Shown in pieces: positions 37,462 to 46,800 of a stretch of DNA of 55,554 nucleotides. Within the stretch, counting starts at the first letter, position 1; each line of letters begins with the position of its first letter. Location: positions 1 through 55,554 of the IMG/VR virus record IMGVR_UViG_3300048587_001023. One strand, 5' to 3'. A program made the position numbers and the translations under genes. The stretch is from a virus. Taxonomy: Duplodnaviria > Caudoviricetes. A model generated the notes under the pieces. It did no database searches and was not told the origin of the DNA. It was given only the letters and a program-made list of their open reading frames with translations.

Positions 37462-40307
37462 GACTGGCGCTCCGCTGACGGCACCCGAAAGACCTTCATC
37501 ACCTCGTCTCCCAGGTGGTTGATGACCTTCACCGCGATCCGACCGGAGGCGGGCTTGTCGAAGGGGCGCGAGGTGTCGCTGTTCAGGCTGGCCCAGGCAT
37601 CGGCGTCGATCTCGGCCTTCAAGGTGGTCTTCAAGGCTTTGTAGGGGTCGTTGGCGCCGAGGAAGTAGGCGTGGCGGACGAAGAAGCTCTCCTCGTTGTA
37701 GTCGGTATCGATGAACCAGCAGGCGATGCCGTCGGCGCCGTCGCTGCGGATTTCGCCGCTGTTGGGGTGGAACACGTCCACGCCGTTCACCTTGACGCGC
37801 ATCTGGCCGGGCTCGCCGTCATCGCCGGCATCGAGAATGTCGATGTCGGGCTCGCCGAAGATCACGAACAGGTTGCCCTTGCCGGTGTTCTTGAGGTCTT
37901 CGGCCATGTGCAGGTCGGCGTTCATGCGCGCCTGCAGCACGCGGATACGGCCAAGCTTGGCAAGATCGCTGGCGTGGGCATCGAAACTGAAGGCGCAGGC
38001 GATCAGCACGTCGAAGTCGGCTTCGGCCGCTTCGCGCGCGGCCGCAGCCAGGTCCACGCGGGTGACGGTGCCGAACTCCGGACCGATGAAGATCGCAGCG
38101 CGACGCTCGTCCGTGCCCTCCAGGTAGCGCCCCTCGGCGCAGATCAGTTCACCCGGCCAGGGCGTCAACGCGGTGAAGTCGATTTTGTCGGCCTTGTGTG
38201 CCTGCTGCACGCCAGCCGTGCGCAGGTTTTCCAGGATGATGGCGTTGAAGTCGCGGCCATACTCCGCCTGCGCCTCGGCGACCTGATCGATCAGGTCGTC
38301 GTTCTCATCCACGCCCAGCACGCGATGCGGACTCAAGGACTCCACCGTGAACGGCCCGGCCACGCGCACCTTCTTCTTGTCCTCGTAGGGCTTGTCATAG
38401 AGGAACTCGGAGTCGGCCTTGGCGGCGATGGAGGCGTCGATCTCCTTCTGGCGGGCGATGCGCTGCTGCCACCAGTCGGCGTGTGCCTGTTTAGCGGCAT
38501 CCGACCACTTGGCATCCGCTTGCCGCGGGATTTCCCAATCCTCCCACTTTTTGCCAACCGCCTTGTTCAAGGCAGCGCGCAGCGGCTCCAGCAGCGCCTG
38601 AAACTTGTCCCAGATAACGTCGATTTCGGCATTGCTGACGATGTTACTGAGCATGATGTGCGGCACCCGCTCATAGACGAAGCCCTGGCGGATGTTGCCT
38701 AAGGCTGGCTTACTGCTCGGAGCGGTGCGCGTAACCTCCGCCTCCTTTTGCTGCCCCTCCTTGCTATCGGCGAGCAGGTAGAACGGATAGCGCGCACCCA
38801 TAATGCGCGCACGAGCCAGCGCCAATGCCACCCGCGAAGTGTCGATCGTGATCCAGCGGCGGCCCCACTGCTCGGCGACATAGGCCGTAGTGCCCGAACC
38901 ACATGTTGGGTCTAGCACGAGATCACCGGGATCGGTCGCCATCAAGATGCACCGCTCGACGACCTTTGCTGAAGTTTCGACGACGTATCGTTTGTCCGAG
39001 GCAAAACCTGCGATTCCGGTATCACTCCAGACATTGCTCTCGGGGAACGCGGCAAAGTCTTCAAAGTATCGAACGTAATAGAGTCCCTTATCACTCGATG
39101 CCAATCGGTCTGCCCGGAGCAAGTGCTTCATACCCTCTTCATTAGTCTTCCAGCGCACCTTCTCGGAAGGACGCAGAGTTTTGCCATGAAACTGCACTGG
39201 AAACCAAGACGCTGCGCCTTCGCCCTTGTCGCGCCCAACACTTTGGCTGGTCAGATTGTCGATGCGGAACACTCTCGAACCGCCAGGCAAATCAATCGCA
39301 CCTGCGATTTCTTCCTTCGAAAGAGGCCTCTCGCTCAGGTCAGCCAGCTTCAACTTCCTGTAAGCCCCACCTCCGGCGCCACCGACCTGCTTTGTCGTTA
39401 GTGGCTGCCGATATTTGAGGCGCTGGCGATCTTTCGCGTAAAAAACAAGAACGTCGTATGTTCCAGCCAAATACTCAGAAGTCGCGCCGGCAGTCTTCGA
39501 AAATATGATCTGCGAAACGAAGTTGTCGGAACCGAAGACTTCATCAAGTAGCGATCTCACCAAGTGGCTATTGTCCTGGCCGATCTGGACGAATACCGAG
39601 CCCGACTCAGTTAGCAGGTCCCGAGCCACCGTCAACCGGTCGCGCAGATAGGTCAGGTACGAGTGGATGCCATCGCGCCAGGTATCACGGAAGGCCTTCA
39701 CCTGTTCCGGTTCGCGGGTGATGTGTTCGGCGTTGCCGTCCTTCACGTCGCGGCTGGTGGTTGACCACTGGAAGTTGCTGTTGAACTTGATGCCGTAGGG
39801 CGGATCGAAATAGATGCACTGCACCTTGCCACGTAGCCCCTCGCGCTCGGCCAGGCTCGCCATCACCTGCAGCGAATCACCAAGGATGAAGCGGTTCGCC
39901 CAGTGCGCGTCGTGCTGGTAGAACTCGGTGCGTGCGGCCTCACTGGGCAGGCCATTGAAGTCGGCAAACAGGTCGACCATCGCGCCCAGCTGCTGCTGCG
40001 CCTGCGCCTCGCGCCGACGCTCGCTTTGGCGGCGCAGGTCGTCCACCAGCACCTTCGGATGCACCTTCTCTTGGATATAGAGGGGGGCTGCGTGAACGAC
40101 GAGATCGGATTCGTCCTGGGCATCCTTGCCGCGCCAGACCAGCTGCGGATCGAGGTCGCGGTTTCGACGCTCGTAAGCCACGCGCACCGGACTCTGTTCG
40201 GACTTCGCCAGCACCGCTTGGTATTCCGCGGTGGGAATGTTCTTGCGCGTGGCGTCCTCGTGCTTGAGGGCTTCGACGCTGATCGGGTTATTCTTTTTTG
40301 TGGCCAT
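37458..40307 (-). CDS. mod: Type III-like restriction-modification methyltransferase (Mod)
   Basis: YFDPPYG before DPTCGSGTT (beta order); central variable region. Confidence 0.88.
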   Translation of the reverse strand: MATKKNNPISVEALKHEDATRKNIPTAEYQAVLAKSEQSPVRVAYERRNRDLDPQLVWRGKDAQDESDLVVHAAPLYIQEKVHPKVLVDDLRRQSERRREAQAQQQLGAMVDLFADFNGLPSEAARTEFYQHDAHWANRFILGDSLQVMASLAEREGLRGKVQCIYFDPPYGIKFNSNFQWSTTSRDVKDGNAEHITREPEQVKAFRDTWRDGIHSYLTYLRDRLTVARDLLTESGSVFVQIGQDNSHLVRSLLDEVFGSDNFVSQIIFSKTAGATSEYLAGTYDVLVFYAKDRQRLKYRQPLTTKQVGGAGGGAYRKLKLADLSERPLSKEEIAGAIDLPGGSRVFRIDNLTSQSVGRDKGEGAASWFPVQFHGKTLRPSEKVRWKTNEEGMKHLLRADRLASSDKGLYYVRYFEDFAAFPESNVWSDTGIAGFASDKRYVVETSAKVVERCILMATDPGDLVLDPTCGSGTTAYVAEQWGRRWITIDTSRVALALARARIMGARYPFYLLADSKEGQQKEAEVTRTAPSSKPALGNIRQGFVYERVPHIMLSNIVSNAEIDVIWDKFQALLEPLRAALNKAVGKKWEDWEIPRQADAKWSDAAKQAHADWWQQRIARQKEIDASIAAKADSEFLYDKPYEDKKKVRVAGPFTVESLSPHRVLGVDENDDLIDQVAEAQAEYGRDFNAIILENLRTAGVQQAHKADKIDFTALTPWPGELICAEGRYLEGTDERRAAIFIGPEFGTVTRVDLAAAAREAAEADFDVLIACAFSFDAHASDLAKLGRIRVLQARMNADLHMAEDLKNTGKGNLFVIFGEPDIDILDAGDDGEPGQMRVKVNGVDVFHPNSGEIRSDGADGIACWFIDTDYNEESFFVRHAYFLGANDPYKALKTTLKAEIDADAWASLNSDTSRPFDKPASGRIAVKVINHLGDEVMKVFRVPSAERQS

Positions 40308-40308
40308 C

Positions 40309-43300
40309 TCAGGCGTCCTTACTCAAAGCGGCGGCGTCGATCATGCGTTCAAAGTGCTCCTTGATCTTGGCTGCAAAGTCGTCCTGCATCTCGTAGACGT
40401 CGGTGAACTCGACGAAGGCCCAGCGACCGTATTTGCCCGCGCAGTTCACGCCAGGCACCCAGTAGGTGTCCATCGTCAGCTTCTTCAGCACCGCGTCCTC
40501 GCGACGGTAACCCTTCACTTCGACGATCAGGTGCAGGGGGTCGTCGAGGCCATGGCCATCATCGATTTTCACGATGAAGTCCGGGATGTACTTGCGGGTC
40601 TCCGAGCCGGACCTGTAAGGAACGTCGAGACCGAGGTTGTGGTTCTTGGTGTAGGCCAGCACCTTCGGATGCGCCTCGGCCACACGGCAGAACTCGGCTT
40701 CCCAGTCGCTGTCGAGAATCACCCAGTTGACGTGGTTCTTGGGTGGAGGGCCAAGTGTTTCGTAACGATCCCGACGCGAGGTGTTGAAGGCGACGTGGCA
40801 GGTTGAGCCTTCCGGGTTGTAGGGATCGAACACCGCCTTCACCGGGCGGCCCTGCTTTAACTCCACACGGGTGATGGCTGCGGTGATGCGATCGCAAGCC
40901 TTGTCGGCCAATTCCTGATAGAGCAGCTGCCCAGGAAAAGTGCCGCCCTTGCATACCAGGCAGGTGTCCAGCCATTCCTTGACGATGCGCTTCAACTGCC
41001 CGAAAAGGTGTAGCGGCGGGGCGGCTCCGGCCTCGCGCCATTTGTTCAGGAGCAGGTGCTTGGTGAGATGCATCAACACCGTCGAAGGGCGAACGTCGCC
41101 CAGGTGTTGCAGATTCAGTTCGACGGCCTCGCCAATGATGCCCGCCTGGACGTTACGCGATGGACCAACCAGTTCCGGTGTCAGCACCAATACCGAGTCA
41201 TCAACGAACTCGGCGCTTAATCTGTCCTCTGGCAATTCGACGCGATAGCCCACAACACGAGGGAAGCGGATCTCCAGTGCGTCGCGTTCGGGGCGAACGG
41301 CACGCACGCGGATGACTTCAATCGGCGGTTCAGGCGGGATCACCACGGGCTGCGCGGTGAAATTGAACGGGATACCCAGCACGTCGGCGTATTCGACGTT
41401 GAACAGGCCATCGGCGTTGAGTTCGTAGGACTGTCGGCGAAGGGCGCGACCCACGACCTGTTCGCACAGCAACTGGGTGCCGAAGGCGCGCACACCGAGC
41501 ACGTGGGTGACGGTGTTGGCGTCCCAACCTTCGGTGAGCATCGCCACCGACACCACGCAGCGCACCGAGTCGCCCAGGCGGCCCTCCTTGCCGACGGTAT
41601 TCATCGCCTCACGCAGCAGCTCCGCATCCGTGAGGTTGTCGGCAGCGTGCGCGTCGCCGGTGCGTTCGATGATCTCGCGGCGGAAACGGTCGATCTCGTC
41701 GCTGGCAATGGCGCGGAAGTTGTCATCGAGCGCGTCGCCCGATTCAAGTTGTTCGCTGTCCACCAGCAGGGTGCGCGGCCGCGCGAGCGGACTGCCGTGC
41801 TCGTCGTGGTTCTGGAACAACTTGAGGCGCCCCTCCACCAGCTGGCTGGTGCCGTCGTCGTTCTCCTGCTGAAAGCCGGAAATGTAGTCGTACACCAGCT
41901 TGGATGTGCTGGTGTTGTTGCACACCACGATGAAGCACGGCGGCACCTTGATGCCCGCCTTCTGCCAGTGCTCGAATACCGTGACGTAGTGGCCGTAGAG
42001 CGCTTCCAGCGCGGTCTGCAATTCAACCGGCAGGCTGAGAGGGTCGAGTCGGTTGCCCTTGCCGCGCCCCTTTTTCGGCATGCGCTTGCCGATGTGTTTC
42101 CACAGTTCCCGGTACACCGGAAATTCATTACCAGGGATGTTGTCGGCCACAGGAACGCGCGGCAGTTTGACGATGCCGCACTCGATGGCGTCCATCAGCG
42201 AAAAGTCGCTCATCGTCCAAGGGAACAGGGTGCCTTCGGCGTAGCCCGACCCGCGAAGGAAGAACGGCGTGGCGGAAAGGTCGAACACGCGCGAAAGTCC
42301 AAGCTTGCGGTTCACAGCCTCGAGGCCAGAAATCCACAGGCGCGCTGCCTCATTGTTCTCCTCGACCTCCTTGCGGTCGTCGCCTTTGAGGTCGTCGTTG
42401 TCCTCAACGCTCTCGCCGGGAGGCTTCTCGCGGTAGCAATGGTGTGCCTCGTCGTTGATGGCCAGAATGTTCTTCAGCCCCATCAATTCAGGCAGAACCC
42501 GCTGCAGCATCTGACCTTCGGATTCCAGCGTCTGCAATTCTTCACCACCGCGCCCCTGCAACAGGCGTCGACCGCCGCTGGAGACCTCGAACCGCTCGCG
42601 CAGGCGGAAGGCGTGATAGTTGGTGATGACAATGCGCGCGTGGGCGATGTCGGCCAGCATGTCGCTGGGCACCAACTCGCGGTTGGCGTAGTAGCTCTCG
42701 GTGTCGTTGGGCAGCAGCACGCGCAGGCGATCTTTGATCGTCAAACCTGGCGCAACAATGAGGAAGCCGCGCGTGAACCTCTGGCTGTTCGGACGGCGCA
42801 CTGCATTGATGGTCTGCCACGCGATGAGCATGGCCATGACCGTGGTCTTGCCTGCACCGGTGGCGAGCTTCAGCGCAAGACGGGTGAGTTCGGGATTGGC
42901 CTCGCTGTTGGACTTGGAGAGATGATCGAGGAAGCGCTGACCGCTCTTGCCGAGCTGCGGGGCGACTTCGGTAAGCCAGATGGCCGTCTCCACGGCTTCG
43001 ATCTGACAGAAGAACGGGCGAAGGCCGGAGAAGCGATGGCTGCGCCAGTGCTGCAACAGGCGCGCGGTTTCCGGCGTGACGCGCCACGCAGACGCAGGCA
43101 GCTCGCGCCACTTGTCGACCTCCGCACGCACGGCATTGATGACGGCAGTGTGGTCGTACTGCTGCTTCTCGGAGGACAGACCCTTGCCTTCGTCGAATAA
43201 CAGCGACCCTTGATCGCCCGCACCCTTCTGCTTGCGCGGCTTCGGGATGGGTGTAATGAAATCGGCCTGGCGACGAGCTTCCATGACGACCTGGGTCGGC

Positions 43301-43386
43301 TGACCCGAAGCATCCAACTCCCAATGCCGCGCAGGCCGCGCGTACGGCGAATTCAGGATCGGCTGATCGAAGAACGGATTCGACAT
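40309..43386 (-). CDS. res: Type III-like restriction endonuclease/helicase (Res)
   Basis: ATGAGKT, NDEAHH, SATP, EGWD; C-terminal PDFIV...EVKG nuclease motif. Confidence 0.88.
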   Translation of the reverse strand: MSNPFFDQPILNSPYARPARHWELDASGQPTQVVMEARRQADFITPIPKPRKQKGAGDQGSLLFDEGKGLSSEKQQYDHTAVINAVRAEVDKWRELPASAWRVTPETARLLQHWRSHRFSGLRPFFCQIEAVETAIWLTEVAPQLGKSGQRFLDHLSKSNSEANPELTRLALKLATGAGKTTVMAMLIAWQTINAVRRPNSQRFTRGFLIVAPGLTIKDRLRVLLPNDTESYYANRELVPSDMLADIAHARIVITNYHAFRLRERFEVSSGGRRLLQGRGGEELQTLESEGQMLQRVLPELMGLKNILAINDEAHHCYREKPPGESVEDNDDLKGDDRKEVEENNEAARLWISGLEAVNRKLGLSRVFDLSATPFFLRGSGYAEGTLFPWTMSDFSLMDAIECGIVKLPRVPVADNIPGNEFPVYRELWKHIGKRMPKKGRGKGNRLDPLSLPVELQTALEALYGHYVTVFEHWQKAGIKVPPCFIVVCNNTSTSKLVYDYISGFQQENDDGTSQLVEGRLKLFQNHDEHGSPLARPRTLLVDSEQLESGDALDDNFRAIASDEIDRFRREIIERTGDAHAADNLTDAELLREAMNTVGKEGRLGDSVRCVVSVAMLTEGWDANTVTHVLGVRAFGTQLLCEQVVGRALRRQSYELNADGLFNVEYADVLGIPFNFTAQPVVIPPEPPIEVIRVRAVRPERDALEIRFPRVVGYRVELPEDRLSAEFVDDSVLVLTPELVGPSRNVQAGIIGEAVELNLQHLGDVRPSTVLMHLTKHLLLNKWREAGAAPPLHLFGQLKRIVKEWLDTCLVCKGGTFPGQLLYQELADKACDRITAAITRVELKQGRPVKAVFDPYNPEGSTCHVAFNTSRRDRYETLGPPPKNHVNWVILDSDWEAEFCRVAEAHPKVLAYTKNHNLGLDVPYRSGSETRKYIPDFIVKIDDGHGLDDPLHLIVEVKGYRREDAVLKKLTMDTYWVPGVNCAGKYGRWAFVEFTDVYEMQDDFAAKIKEHFERMIDAAALSKDA

Positions 43387-43393
43387 TTCCCTG

Positions 43394-43618
43394 TCACCCT
43401 CGGCCTTTGCTTCTTGCGGATTGCCCCTGAGTCGCAGGGAGTAGCGTCTGTTCTTCGATCCAGCGGTCCAGGTCGGCCGTGCGAAAACGCCAGGTCCCCC
43501 CAAGCTTGAACGCCGGAATTTGGCCGTTCGACGCGAGTCGATAGACGGTGCGCTTTCCGGCTTTCAGGTAGATCGCCACCTCGTCCAGCGTCAGAATGTC
43601 ACCTTCGATGTTCGCCAT
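43394..43618 (-). CDS. Excisionase-like HTH regulator (MAD1-like) heading the RM operon
   Basis: ILTLDEVAIYLKAGKRTVYRLA...IPAFKLGGTWRF. Confidence 0.85.
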   Translation of the reverse strand: MANIEGDILTLDEVAIYLKAGKRTVYRLASNGQIPAFKLGGTWRFRTADLDRWIEEQTLLPATQGQSARSKGRG

Positions 43619-43647
43619 CGCCTTGCCGAACGTGGAAACGGATTGCC

Positions 43648-43668
43648 AAGTCTAGCCAATTTAGACTT
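43648..43668. promoter_or_regulatory. Candidate operator upstream of the HTH-RM operon
   Basis: AAGTCTA-N7-TAGACTT perfect inverted repeat 30-50 bp before the start codon. Confidence 0.4.
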
Positions 43669-43833
43669 CGGAGGGCGCCACGCTGCATCTCAGTCGCTTG
43701 GATTGCCACCTCCCTGTCTCGCAGGCTGAGACTCGCTCTTCGTTGGACCTGGCCGTGAGCCCCCCCCCTCAAGCCACGGTGGTCATTCGGAGGCCTTCGA
43801 TACCCGACTCGACCAACTGTACGGGGCTGGCCG

Positions 43834-46800
43834 TCAAGGGGCGAAAACCAGCTCTGGCAACACAACATCCCAACCCTCACATAGGTACTGGGACTGGTAC
43901 TCGGGCTTGCTGTCGGATTTTCGCCAGGCCAAGACCGCACCTACGCGGGCCGCCTGACAGTGCAGGCCTGTCGGTGGAACGAAGCGCTTTGACAACTTGC
44001 CCACGACCACGCCGGCCTGATCCTCAAGTCGAATACCGCGTTCGTCCGCGACATAGCGCAACGGGTCACCGACGCGCAGCGCCGCGATGGCTTGATGCGT
44101 TCTGCTACCCGCGCCCTGCCGACCGGCATGACCCAAATCGACATCTCTCATGGCGAGCTTGAAGTACCGATACGACATCGGGCCCGGCGCCGGAAGGCGG
44201 CCGGCCTGGGGCCTGCGGAACAGGGCCGGATGGTCATCCAATCCATCGAGAATCTCATTGCCCGCATCCAAGCGCGCCAGTGTCAACGTAGCGCGAGCTC
44301 GGGTCATGGCGACGTAATAGAGTCGGCGCACCGCGTCCTGGTCTTCATTGCTGCCTGCGCGCCATTCGCCGTCGAGCACGAACACATGGTCAAATTCCAG
44401 GCCCTTGGCGCGATGCGCGGTCAGCAACATCACGCCTTGCTGGTCACGCCGACTGGCGCGCCCCCACTCTGCGAGCCAGTCACGGAACACGGGCAACGAA
44501 ACCTCCGCACCCTGGGTGTCTTCAGCAAACGCCGCGATGGCTTCGACCACCATGGGCCACCAGCCGGCGCCGTCTTGCAGGGCAAGCCAAGCCTGAATGT
44601 CGTCGGCCGTGAGCAATCGGGACCGTGACACCTTTTGCCGCTCATCCAGATAGGCAAGCAGGGTCTGCGTTTCCCTCAAGCGCCACAGGGGTGGAGATTG
44701 CTCATCCGCCATGACGACCGGCATTCCTGCCGCCTCAAGCGCGGCGCGCAGGGGGTCGAGGAACTTCCACTGGCGAGCGATCACGGCCGTCTTCTTCGGA
44801 TCAAGGCCAAGCGCCATCATTCGCTTGAACTCGGTGTAGACCGCGAGCGCCTGCTCCGTCGCGCTTTGACCGGCCGGCAGGATCTGAACCCGTCCCTGTC
44901 CGACCAGATCGATCTTCTGCCAGTCCCCTCCAGGATGGGACTTCGCTCGCGCGGCGTTCACTCGAATCGCCTCGGCTTTCATCCGCTCGGAAGCGACCGC
45001 AATCACGGCGTTGGCGGCGTCGACAATGTGGCGCGTGGAACGGTAATTCTCGATCAGAAACTGCGTCTTGGCCTGGTAGTCGTCGGCGAAGCGGCGGATG
45101 AACTCCACCGATGCGCCCGCAAAGCCGTAGATGTTTTGATCATCGTCACCGACGGCAAACAGATTGAGCCGGCCATCTTCATCACTTCGCTTGCGGCCCG
45201 CGAGTGCCGAAATCAGTTTGTACTGCCCTTCGTCGATGTCCTGATACTCGTCGACCAGAATCCAGCGAAAGCCGGCGAGCAGCCGGTCGCGCTGAGTATC
45301 AGCATCTTCCGGCGGCAGGTCGCGACCTTCGAGCAACGCCGTGGCCTCCGCCAACACGGCATCGAAATCGGCCTCCTCGCTGCGCTGGGCAAAACTGGCG
45401 CCGACCAAGCGCATGGCCAACCCATGGCAGGTCAACACGGTGACCCTGCGCGCATCGTCGCCGATCAACTCAGCCAGCCGCCGTCGAATCTCAAGCGCCG
45501 CATGGCGGTTGTAGGCCAGGGCCAAGAGGGCATTAGGATTTTCGCGGCGAACACGCACCAGATACGCAATGCGATGGACAAGCACGCGCGTCTTGCCTGA
45601 TCCAGGACCGGCCAGGACCAGCACATTTGTATTCTCGCGGTCATCGGCAACGATGTTGCGCTGGTGCGGGCGGGACAAGGTCTCGACGATGGCTTCCCAC
45701 GACTGCGGCGTGGTCTGCCGGGTGAGCTCGCTCTCCCGGCCCGGCAGCCACCGACGGCAGAACTCCTCGCGCGACAAGCGGAAATAGTCCATCGCCAGAT
45801 TCAAGGCATCCGCCATTTTCTGCCTGCCCCGCTCGGCGTACTCGGCCATGATGTGAATCTGCCGAGTCAGTTCGTCGTAGTGCAGCGCCAGCGGCTGGAA
45901 GTTGCTCTTCTCGAACTGCAGCTTCCAGTTGCTTTCCAGATTCAAGGTCATGGCCGAGCGGAAGATCGCCAGCCCCTTGTTCAGACGCAGCACTTCCTGC
46001 TCATGCAGCCAGAGCAGCGCTCGCTCGACCAGCTTGCGCAGATCCGGCGTGCTATTAACCAGGAGCGCGTCGCCCGCGACGCTGGCGGTGAGCTCACCAA
46101 AGGTGGTCTCCGCGAGTTGATCCACGCCGCGGGCGCCTTTCGGCAGGCTCGCAATCCAGTGATCGAGCAGCCGTCCCGCGGCTGTCCGCCGTCGCTCTGC
46201 GATCTCCTCTACGGTGCTCCATGGGCGGTTGAGCTCGATATAGACCGTTTCAGGGTCATGGCCGCGCTTCAACGTCAGGCTGCCTCTGCCCTCTGATCCA
46301 TCGCGACCGTCACCGGCCAGCCCGGCGATGATCTGCCGCAACCGCTGTGGCAGTGCGGCGAACCCATCGTCCTTGAGTCGCTGGGACAGCAGACGAAGAT
46401 GCAGCGGCGAGCCCTCGCCCACTTCAAGGTCCGGCGCTTCTTCCCGCAACGTGGCGATAACGGCCCGTTCCAGAGAGACCGCCTCCTCGAAGCGCTTTTT
46501 TGACGATCGCTCCACGGCGACATGGACATACGCCGTCATGGCCAAGTCGTTACTGGCAATACCGAGGCGATCGAGCAGAAACAGCGCTTCCCGCAGGCCA
46601 TCGGCGTTGAACCCCGTGGCAGCCATCAGCTCATCGGTGGACAGCCCCTCATCGGCCGCGGCGGACAGCAGGATCTGGATCAGATCCAGGTACTTCTTGC
46701 GGTCCGAGATCGCAACGCCCGCCAGCTTTCGCTCGGCATCGGCAAGACTCTTGACCCGCAGCGCCGAAGGAAATATCTGCACGGCGTTTTCTTCGCGCCG

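Noticed and set aside
33679-43618. Complete MADS defence system
   Set aside because: Only the MAD1-like HTH is evident; the remaining genes are type III-like res/mod and others, without a recognisable specificity subunit or kinase.
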